From positions 1 through 15,618 of the forward strand of contig JALTLO010000108.1 of NCBI GenBank assembly GCA_027001995.1: DNA of 15,618 bases, given 5' to 3'. The position numbers and the translations under genes were made by a program. Source of the DNA: Planctomycetota bacterium (GTDB lineage: Bacteria > Planctomycetota > GCA-002687715 > DRQF01). Positions within the stretch are counted from its first letter, which is position 1. Each line of letters begins with the position of its first letter. The notes beneath the pieces were generated by a model. That model did no database searches and was not told where the DNA came from. It saw nothing but the letters and a program-made list of their open reading frames with translations. This document shows positions 1 through 6,030 of the stretch, one piece after another.

Positions 1-14
1 TCGTCGGCAGCGTC
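1..14 (+). other. Probable Nextera/Illumina adapter-primer sequence TCGTCGGCAGCGTC at the window edge
   Basis: Exact 14/14 match to the 5' part of the Nextera Read 1 transposase adapter (TCGTCGGCAGCGTC-AGATGTGTATAAGAGACAG). It sits where L31 normally has its second Cys codon, which here reads GTC (Val). Confidence 0.7.
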
Positions 15-173
15 TTCCAAACACGCGCAAGCGTTCCTGAGCTGCGCGTAGAAATTTGTGGTGCATGCCACCCATTCTACACCGGCACCCAGAAATTCGT
101 TGATACCGCAGGTCGGGTTGAGAAGTTCCGCAAGCGTTACAAGAAGTCTGTAAGCGGCTCCGACGCTCAATAA
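3..173 (+). CDS. rpmE: 50S ribosomal protein L31, 5'-truncated by the window
   Basis: Not in the ORF track. Frame 3 reads (V)[55 protein letters not shown], with the L31 signature CxxCHPFYTG and DTAGRVEKF. rpmE next to prfA is a common arrangement. Confidence 0.96.
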   Translation, partial: VGSVFQTRASVPELRVEICGACHPFYTGTQKFVDTAGRVEKFRKRYKKSVSGSDAQ

Positions 174-190
174 GAACGGATTAGCTGCAT

Positions 191-1267
191 ATGGCTCTGC
201 TTGATGCTTTGGCCAAAATGTCTGAGCGTTTCGATGAACTCGAAACGCTCATTGTCGATCCTGAGGTGATTCAGGATCAAGGCCGCTATACGTCCTATCT
301 GAAGGAACATGGTGGTTTGCGGGACAAAGTGGACGCTTATCGGAAATACCATCGGCTCGAAGTGGAGCTGCGGGAAGCGAAAGCTGAGCTTGATGTCTTG
401 GCTGATCCGGAAGAGAAAGCTCTTTTCGAAGAAGAGGTGAAATCTCTCGAAACCCAAATTGAACCAGCCATGGAAGCCCTCCGGGAGCTCTTTGTCACGG
501 ACGACGAAGATGCTAATCGAGACGCCATCGTTGAAATCCGTGCTGGCGCGGGAGGGGATGAGGCGGCTTTATTCGCCGGTTCTCTCTTGGAGATGTATAC
601 CCGCTATGCAGAAGGGCGGGGCTGGACTTTGGAAGTCCTGGAGGCTGCCGCTGGTACGGTGGGAGGCTTCAAGGAGCTGACCATGAGCATCAAGGGCGAC
701 TCAGTCTTCAAGTATTTGCAGTACGAATCTGGCGGGCACCGGGTGCAACGTGTTCCCGAAACGGAGTCCCAAGGGCGTATCCACACCTCAGCAGCCACGG
801 TGGCCGTGCTACCAGAGGTCGATGATGTGGATGTCAACATCGCCGAATCTGACCTGCGCATCGATACCTATCGAAGTTCCGGGCCTGGGGGGCAGAGCGT
901 CAATAAGACATCCAGTGCTATTCGCATCACTCATATCCCCACGGGGGTGGTCGTGAGTTGCCAAGACGAGAAATCCCAGCATAAGAACAAGGCAAAAGCG
1001 CTTCGTATTCTTGCAGCAAAGCTGTATGAATTGGAAACCAGAAAGCGCAATGAAGCCAGAAGTTCGAAGCGAAAGGCTCTGATTGGATCTGGAGATCGCA
1101 GTCAGCGTATTCGCACATACAATTTCCCCCAGAATCGCCTGACGGACCATCGCATTGGACTCAGTGTCCATGCGTTGGAGAAGATCCTTCAAGGCGAGCT
1201 GGATCAGATCATTGAGCCCCTGATGGAACATGACAAAGAACTAAGGCTCGAGAGCCTCGAGGAATAA
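191..1267 (+). CDS. prfA: Peptide chain release factor 1
   Basis: 358 aa. [28 protein letters not shown] (PxT RF1 specificity tripeptide), GPGGQSVN (GGQ), [21 protein letters not shown]. Confidence 0.98.
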   Translation: MALLDALAKMSERFDELETLIVDPEVIQDQGRYTSYLKEHGGLRDKVDAYRKYHRLEVELREAKAELDVLADPEEKALFEEEVKSLETQIEPAMEALRELFVTDDEDANRDAIVEIRAGAGGDEAALFAGSLLEMYTRYAEGRGWTLEVLEAAAGTVGGFKELTMSIKGDSVFKYLQYESGGHRVQRVPETESQGRIHTSAATVAVLPEVDDVDVNIAESDLRIDTYRSSGPGGQSVNKTSSAIRITHIPTGVVVSCQDEKSQHKNKAKALRILAAKLYELETRKRNEARSSKRKALIGSGDRSQRIRTYNFPQNRLTDHRIGLSVHALEKILQGELDQIIEPLMEHDKELRLESLEE

Positions 1268-1277
1268 GGAGTTGACT

Positions 1278-2093
1278 ATGTCTGAAAACAACGAAAATGC
1301 CCCGGAAATGCCGGAGCCCCAACCTGTATTTGATGTCACCTACGCCCACATCTATTCAGGACAGGTTTACAATCAATTCTACTTCTTCCTGTGGATTAGT
1401 TTGGCTTTCTTTATTGGCGCTATTCTTCCTTGGAATGGTGAGTTTGGCAGCGAAGGATTCACCATCTGGCAAATGATCATGATGGTCAGCTCCGTGGGTG
1501 CATTCTGGACATGCATTGCCAGCATCAAGAGCCGCCGCCTGACCCTATGGCCCGTACTTACTCTTGAGATTCTGGCTGTCCTTTTTGTTCTTATTCAATA
1601 CCGGGACGTCCAGGCAACCAGCAGTGAGTTGCGCATGCAGCACCAAGCGGCTGTTCAAGCTGAAATGGACGCCATGCCGAATTTGAAAGGCGAGGCTGGC
1701 CTCAAGTATCGGGAGCTTCTTGACGCGAAAGCGACAGCTTTGGCTGGTGACGCAATTTTCCCTCTCACCGCTGGGAAAGTATTTGGTGCTCCTATCCATG
1801 GCATGATCATGGGGAAGAATACGGATTTGGACGACGACGAGTTGCCCACCCGTTACATGGCAACCACCGCATGGAATAGTTTCGGATCAGGTTTCCACAT
1901 GACATGGATCGCCATGGCATCCTTGACTGTGTTCATGCTTATTTCCTTCTTCTCTGCTTTCAAGAACGCAAAGCCCAAAGAAGACCCGAAGGAAGCTCGC
2001 CGTCGTGCTCGGGAAGCTCGGGCTTCTGGGGGTGAAGACGAAGACAAAGACGACAAGGAAATCGTAGGCCAGCAAGACGAAACAAAAGTCTAA
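1278..2093 (+). CDS. Uncharacterised integral membrane protein (about 4 hydrophobic segments, charged C-tail)
   Basis: Long ORF. AGGAG (1267-1271) overlaps the prfA stop 6 nt before ATG 1278, preferred to TTG 1272. Hydrophobic stretches FYFFLWISLAFFIGAILPW, IWQMIMMVSSVGAFW, LWPVLTLEILAVLFVLI and WIAMASLTVFMLISFF. No family recognised. Confidence 0.85.
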   Translation: MSENNENAPEMPEPQPVFDVTYAHIYSGQVYNQFYFFLWISLAFFIGAILPWNGEFGSEGFTIWQMIMMVSSVGAFWTCIASIKSRRLTLWPVLTLEILAVLFVLIQYRDVQATSSELRMQHQAAVQAEMDAMPNLKGEAGLKYRELLDAKATALAGDAIFPLTAGKVFGAPIHGMIMGKNTDLDDDELPTRYMATTAWNSFGSGFHMTWIAMASLTVFMLISFFSAFKNAKPKEDPKEARRRAREARASGGEDEDKDDKEIVGQQDETKV

Positions 2094-2096
2094 CTG

Positions 2097-2259
2097 CCTT
2101 ATTCATGGGATCGTGGGCACTGGGCCTTTCTTGAGATAAACAGAGCCCCTCGCCGGATGTCGTCAGTGACGACGGGGCAGAGGTCGGGGGCCGTGCAACC
2201 CTGGCGGCCTCAAGGTCGTGAATCAGCTGGCCGCGATAGAATGTCGATGTGAATCAAGG
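2097..2259 (+). ncRNA. Structured intergenic RNA, candidate 6S RNA (ssrS-like)
   Basis: Nested pairings by eye: CCTT-ATTCAT 2097-2106/GTGAAT-C-AAGG 2249-2259; ATCGTGG 2110-2116/CCGCGAT 2231-2237; CTTGAG 2130-2135/CTCAAG 2209-2214; A-rich bubble ATAAACAGA; CCTCGCC 2148-2154/GGC-A-GAGG 2176-2183; GTCGTC 2159-2164/GACGAC 2168-2173. Followed by a terminator. Not confirmed with a covariance model. Confidence 0.5.
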
Positions 2260-2288
2260 GCGCCATTCGTTTGGCGCCCTTTTCCTTT
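2256..2288 (+). terminator. Intrinsic terminator
   Basis: AAGGGCGCCA-ttcgtt-TGGCGCCCTT perfect 10-bp inverted repeat followed by TTCCTTT. Confidence 0.75.
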
Positions 2289-2312
2289 GGAGTTCTGGAG
2301 CGAGGAGATCGA

Positions 2313-3257
2313 ATGAAGGAAACGCAATGGAATGTCGGCAAACTCGCTCAATCTGGGGCTGAAGTCCTGGGTAAGCGGGGTTTTGACTCTCCGCGGCTTG
2401 AATCAGATCTCCTTCTAGCGGAAGTACTGGGGCTTGAGCGTTTGGAGTTGTTTACGCGCTTTGACATGCCGGTGGACGACGAAAGCAGGGGGGCCTTCCG
2501 CGCCTTGATTAAGCGCCGCTTAGCCAATGAACCCATCGCCTACATTCTCGGAAAGAGAGATTTCCTGGACCTTACTTTTTCTGTGGGCCCTGGTGTGTTG
2601 ATCCCCCGGCCAGAAACAGAACATGTTGTCCACGCCAGTCAGACCTTTCTTGATGGCGTCAGCCACCCACGCTTTCTTGAAGTGGGTGTGGGGTCGGGTT
2701 GCATCACCTTGTCGCTTCTTCATCACAATCCACATGCGACCGCACTTGCCCTTGACATCTCCGAAGCAGCTTTGGCCTGCACCTTGAAGAATGCCGAAGC
2801 TCTGGGCTTGGCGGATCGATTGACTTGTTTGCAGAGTGATGTTTTCAAGGGAATCTCAGAAGACTCGCCATGGCTGAAATCTCTCGATCTCATCGTCAGC
2901 AATCCTCCTTATATTCGTCAGGACGAAAAGGAAAGTCTAGCCAAAGATGTCAGGGATTATGAACCGGGTGAAGCCTTATTTTGTCCTGAGGACGGCTTAG
3001 CTTTCCATCGAATGATCTTGAGGAAAGGGCCGGCCTTTCTGAAAGACTCGGGGGGGATTGTATTGGAGTTGGCTTGCGGCACAGGGAAACAGTTGCTCCA
3101 GTTTGCCCAGACCACTTGGAGCGCAGCTCGGCATCAAGTCTTACCAGACTACAGTGGGCTTGATCGGGTGTCTTGCCATACAAAATCTGCCTGGCCGGAG
3201 GGATTTTCGAGTCTACATGGGGCTCAGGTGACGTCAGAAGAAGAGCCTGGATCTTAA
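2313..3257 (+). CDS. prmC: Release factor glutamine methyltransferase (HemK/PrmC)
   Basis: RRLANEPIAYILG, GPGVLIPRPETE, SAM-binding EVGVGSGCI, SNPPY, YEPGEAL, DYSGLDRV. Start set at ATG 2313 behind GAGGAG (2302-2307). The ORF-track TTG at 2271 lies inside the terminator hairpin. Confidence 0.96.
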   Translation: MKETQWNVGKLAQSGAEVLGKRGFDSPRLESDLLLAEVLGLERLELFTRFDMPVDDESRGAFRALIKRRLANEPIAYILGKRDFLDLTFSVGPGVLIPRPETEHVVHASQTFLDGVSHPRFLEVGVGSGCITLSLLHHNPHATALALDISEAALACTLKNAEALGLADRLTCLQSDVFKGISEDSPWLKSLDLIVSNPPYIRQDEKESLAKDVRDYEPGEALFCPEDGLAFHRMILRKGPAFLKDSGGIVLELACGTGKQLLQFAQTTWSAARHQVLPDYSGLDRVSCHTKSAWPEGFSSLHGAQVTSEEEPGS

Positions 3258-3473
3258 GTTGAATCCTTTGCGGGAAAACACCGTGATCAAGGAAGTCGTG
3301 TATGAGTCTTGGTCACCCTCGGAAGTCGATGGGGGGGCAGACGTTGAGGAGTAGGGCTTGATCGATGAAATAGTCAATGGCGTCCCGCAGCTCGATAGGC
3401 ATGTGCTGGAAGAAAAGCCCGATTTCCTGTTCATTTGCGCCAATAGAATCGCAGCGAATAACGACGGCTTCTT
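3169..3473 (+). repeat. Left copy of ~305-bp direct repeat (prmC 3' end, intergenic region, pilZ 3' end)
   Basis: Aligns to 4227-4533, offset 1058 then 1060 after a 2-nt indel at the G-run near 3331-3337. About 15 substitutions counted by eye, 10 of them in 3427-3459. Confidence 0.97.
3313..3473 (-). pseudogene. 5'-truncated duplicate of the PilZ gene 3' end
   Basis: Minus strand reads EAVVIRCDSIGANEQEIGLFFQHMPIELRDAIDYFIDQALLLNVCPPIDFRG*, versus EAVVVRCDSIGEDQYEIGLFF...LLLNV* in the intact gene. The original stop is lost, and an in-frame TGA lies just upstream (3481-3483), so there is no native start. Confidence 0.85.
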
Positions 3474-3477
3474 GATT

Positions 3478-3497
3478 TTGTCACAAAATTGTGACAA
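3478..3497. promoter_or_regulatory. Palindromic operator of the TA operon
   Basis: Perfect 9-2-9 inverted repeat TTGTCACAA-AA-TTGTGACAA ending 14 nt before the toxin ATG. It overlaps a possible extended -10 (TGtGACAAT, 3490-3498). Type II HTH antitoxins usually autorepress at such sites. Confidence 0.75.
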
Positions 3498-3511
3498 TTG
3501 TAGAGGTCGTA

Positions 3512-3901
3512 ATGCCGAAAATGAAAGTGGTCTTTTACCGCGATGAGAAAGGTGATGTGCCCGTCTTAGACTGGTTCGACAACCTCGCTCGAAAGGCTCA
3601 AGACAAGTGTGTCGTTCGTATCGAGAGGCTTGAAGAACTTGGTCACGAGCTCCGTCGCCCAGAAGCAGACTTTCTTCGTGATGGCATTTACGAACTGCGC
3701 GCCAAGCACCAAAGGATGAATTTACGCATTCTCTACTTCTTCCACGGAAAGGAATCTGTGGTACTTGCAAGCGGTTTAACGAAACAGCGGTCAGATGTGC
3801 CACCTGGCGCAATAGATCGTGTCATCGAACGGAAGAACTGTTCTCAAAAGACCCGGCAGCACGGAGCTATAAGGAGGATTAGATGCCAACAAGAAGAATA
3901 A
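3512..3901 (+). CDS. Type II TA toxin, RelE/ParE superfamily (HigB/Gp49-like), probable 3' frameshift
   Basis: VVFYRDEKGDVPVLDWFDNL, RIERLEELGHELRRP, LRDGIYELR, RILYFF, VVLASGLTKQ are typical of this family. ATG 3512 follows GAGG. The toxin precedes an HTH antitoxin (higBA order). The family-like C-end lies in the -1 frame, ending at TAG 3880-3882. Confidence 0.88.
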   Translation: MPKMKVVFYRDEKGDVPVLDWFDNLARKAQDKCVVRIERLEELGHELRRPEADFLRDGIYELRAKHQRMNLRILYFFHGKESVVLASGLTKQRSDVPPGAIDRVIERKNCSQKTRQHGAIRRIRCQQEE

Positions 3902-4212
3902 AGGATAACGCCTCATCGATACTGCGTCGCCGGTATTATAAAGGCAATGAGGCCCGTGAGGAGGACTTAGAAAAAGCCCGTGAAAGTGCTGAAGTTTCGC
4001 GGCAAATTTTTCAGCTACGAAAAGAGTCTGGGCTTACACAGCAGGAGCTCGCGGACCGAGTTGGAACACCTCGAAGTGCCATTGCTAGACTTGAGGACGA
4101 TGACTATGAAGGTCATTCTTTGTCTATGCTTCGGCGAATTGCCAGAGCGATCAACCGCCGCGTTGAGGTCCGGTTCGTTCCCAATGATGCTGAGAGTCGG
4201 CCTAAGGGGTGA
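3883..4212 (+). CDS. XRE-family HTH antitoxin (HigA-like)
   Basis: QIFQLRKESGLTQQELADRVGTPRSAIARLEDDDYEGHSLSMLRRIARA is an XRE/Cro HTH. Strong RBS AAGGAGG at 3871-3877. Confidence 0.92.
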   Translation: MPTRRIKDNASSILRRRYYKGNEAREEDLEKARESAEVSRQIFQLRKESGLTQQELADRVGTPRSAIARLEDDDYEGHSLSMLRRIARAINRRVEVRFVPNDAESRPKG

Positions 4213-4226
4213 TCCGCCGGAGGGAT

Positions 4227-4315
4227 TGTCTTGCCACACAAAATCTGCCTGGCCGGAGGGATTTTCGAGTCTACATGGGGCTCAGGTGACGTCAGAAGAA
4301 GAGACTGGATCTTAA
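4227..4315 (+). pseudogene. Duplicated prmC 3' fragment
   Basis: Encodes SCHTKSAWPEGFSSLHGAQVTSEEETGS*, identical to the PrmC tail except P->T, plus one silent CAT/CAC change. Confidence 0.8.
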
Positions 4316-4533
4316 GTTGAGTCCTTTGCGGGAAAACACCGTGATCAAGGAAGTCGTGTATGAGTCTTGGTCACCCTCGGAAGTCGATGGGGGGTCTCAG
4401 ACGTTGAGGAGTAGGGCTTGATCGATGAAATAGTCAATGGCGTCCCGCAGCTCGATAGGCATGTGTTGGAAGAAAAGCCCGATTTCGTACTGGTCTTCCC
4501 CAATCGAATCGCAGCGAACAACGACGGCTTCTT
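4227..4533 (+). repeat. Right copy of ~305-bp direct repeat
   Basis: Matches 3169-3473. Contains a duplicate prmC tail and the functional 3' end and stop of the PilZ gene. Confidence 0.97.
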
Positions 4534-4753
4534 CAGAAATTTCGACAGTGGGAAGGTCACCACCCCCTAAAACTGTTTCGACCAAGACACGGGACATTTC
4601 TTCCACTGGATGGTTGACCACCGCAGCGGCGCCAACTCTGGAAATGTCTTTCAAATAGCAAGTTAGCTTGTTTTCCCCTTCAGCGTTCTTGAGGGGAACA
4701 TGAACCGACATCCGGGGATGTTTGCGTCGTTCGTTTTGTTGCGGGTTGATCAT
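4397..4753 (-). CDS. Stand-alone PilZ domain protein (putative c-di-GMP receptor)
   Basis: RxxxR (ERRKHPR) and DxSxxG (KDISRVG) motifs, plus C-terminal AVVVR and EIGLFF strands. ATG at 4753 preferred to the ORF-track GTG at 4795. Confidence 0.9.
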   Translation of the reverse strand: MINPQQNERRKHPRMSVHVPLKNAEGENKLTCYLKDISRVGAAAVVNHPVEEMSRVLVETVLGGGDLPTVEISEEAVVVRCDSIGEDQYEIGLFFQHMPIELRDAIDYFIDQALLLNV

Positions 4754-4942
4754 TCGGGTTTTCTCGCAAAGATGTTCGACCTTGCCTGTCCCCACGAGTC
4801 ACTATTAAGTACGAGTAACCGGCAGGGTCACACCTCTATTTCGACCAGGGGCAAGGAAAACTGAACTCAAGTTCCATTGCCCTTTTGAACTGCGCACGTT
4901 GAAAGCCTGCTGATGACCTAAATGAAAGAAGAAGGATAAGTT

Positions 4943-5485
4943 ATGGCAAGTCTGAATAAAGTAATGTTGATGGGCAACTTGACACGGGATCCTGAGTTGC
5001 GGCACTTGCCCAACGGTCGCCCTGTCTGTGAAATCGGTTTGGCGGTCAATCGTCGTTGGACAGATCGGCAAAGTGGCGAAAAGCGGGAACAGACATGTTT
5101 CGTTGATTGCTCTTCCTTTGGCCCACAAGCGGAAACCATTGCGCGCTACATGCAAAAAGGCAGACCGATCTTTATCGAAGGTCGTTTGGACTTCCAAAGC
5201 TGGGAAACCCAAGAAGGGCAGAAGCGCAGTAAACTCAAAGTGATCATTGAGAACTTCCAATTCTTGGGAGGTCGTCAAGACGGTGCTGGTGGTGGTGATG
5301 GAGGTGGCGGTGCTTACCGTGCTGCTGGAGCTTCCCAGGGCCAGGGCGGTGGCTATGGCGGAGGGAACCAGGGATATGGCCAACCTCAAGGTGGCAGCGC
5401 CGGATATGGACAACCCCAAGGAGGTGGCTACGCCGGTGGAGGCCAAGCTCCTGCACCCGTGGACGACGACGATATTCCTTTTTAA
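4943..5485 (+). CDS. ssb: Single-stranded DNA-binding protein
   Basis: SLNKVMLMGNLTRDPELR, KGRPIFIEGRL, Gly/Gln-rich linker with GYGQPQGG twice (5372-5395, 5402-5425), acidic tip DDDDIPF. Confidence 0.98.
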   Translation: MASLNKVMLMGNLTRDPELRHLPNGRPVCEIGLAVNRRWTDRQSGEKREQTCFVDCSSFGPQAETIARYMQKGRPIFIEGRLDFQSWETQEGQKRSKLKVIIENFQFLGGRQDGAGGGDGGGGAYRAAGASQGQGGGYGGGNQGYGQPQGGSAGYGQPQGGGYAGGGQAPAPVDDDDIPF

Positions 5486-5528
5486 GGCACAAGGTGCTTT
5501 CCTTCGATTCTGACTGCAAATACCTATG

Positions 5529-5557
5529 AAAAAACGGGCCATGGCCCGTTTTTTTTT
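5529..5557 (+). terminator. Intrinsic terminator, potentially bidirectional, after ssb
   Basis: AAAAAACGGGCCATGGCCCGTTTTTTTTT: perfect palindrome with A-run upstream and T9 downstream. Confidence 0.88.
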
Positions 5558-6030
5558 GAGGTCGGGGCATTCCAAGGAAGGGAGCTTTGCTGCCGAATTG
5601 CCACACCTATCATGAACTTGATTCAGAGCTAACGCTTTTCTCTAACTGTAATTAGCGATTTATAGATAGGGGGAAATGCCTCTCCGTTCTCTCGACTGCC
5701 ATGCGTCGTGACGATTAAACATGCTTTTTGGGGCAAAAAACTCAGAGAAATCTAGGAAAAGACCGTCTTCATCGTGGACGAATGTAGGTGAAGTCAAGTA
5801 TGATTTCACTTGTCGCCCATGAATGTGTGGACGCCTTACATCAAAGATTCCCACAAAAAGAGGGTCTTGATTGATGTCAGGGGCGATGAAATGTCGAAAA
5901 GAACTCAGCTACCGCCTTCGACAATTCATGATTGGGCCGCGACAAGACGGCTGTTTGTTGGAAAGCTCCATGGGGGGCAATTCCGTTTAGGAGTGCTCTC
6001 CTCTGCGTAATTGGAGGCATCGATTCGAAA

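Larger units (their letters stand above)
3474..4226 (+). mobile_element. 753-bp toxin-antitoxin islet bounded by long direct repeats, no integrase or transposase
   Basis: The unique sequence between the two repeat copies holds only an operator, a toxin and an antitoxin. Mobility is inferred from the architecture, not shown. Confidence 0.6.

Noticed and set aside
2094..2290. SRP RNA, tRNA or tmRNA in the intergenic region before prmC
   Set aside because: No SRP helix-8 motif (CAGG...GGAA...AGCAG), no T-loop GTTCRA or cloverleaf, and too short for tmRNA.
3234..3812. 192-aa minus-strand ORF and its counterpart at 4345-4563
   Set aside because: Antisense to the toxin and out of frame with PilZ. 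The similarity between the two only reflects the DNA duplication.
3474..4226. Insertion sequence or prophage remnant
   Set aside because: No transposase, integrase, terminal inverted repeats or phage genes. The duplication is far longer than an IS target-site duplication.
3980..4315. 111-aa ORF ending in the PrmC tail
   Set aside because: Out-of-frame shadow of the antitoxin that happens to run into the duplicated prmC end. No convincing RBS or domain.
3169..4533. Repeat pair as a diversity-generating retroelement template/variable region
   Set aside because: Mismatches are not adenine-specific in either copy or strand (e.g. TCT/TCG, GGC/GGG, CAG/TAC), and no reverse transcriptase is in the window.
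4847..4927. Fluoride riboswitch or hammerhead ribozyme (AACTGC...GCTGATGAC; CTGATGA...GAAA)
   Set aside because: The 5' GAUGG-type element of the fluoride riboswitch is missing and the downstream gene is ssb. Only 7 unpaired nt separate CTGATGA from GAAA, so there is no hammerhead stem II.
5372..5425. GYGQPQGG tandem repeat
   Set aside because: Ordinary low-complexity SSB linker, not a CRISPR array or mobile repeat.
4805..5575. 256-aa ORF antisense to ssb
   Set aside because: Mirror frame of the Gly-rich ssb sequence, with no recognisable domain.
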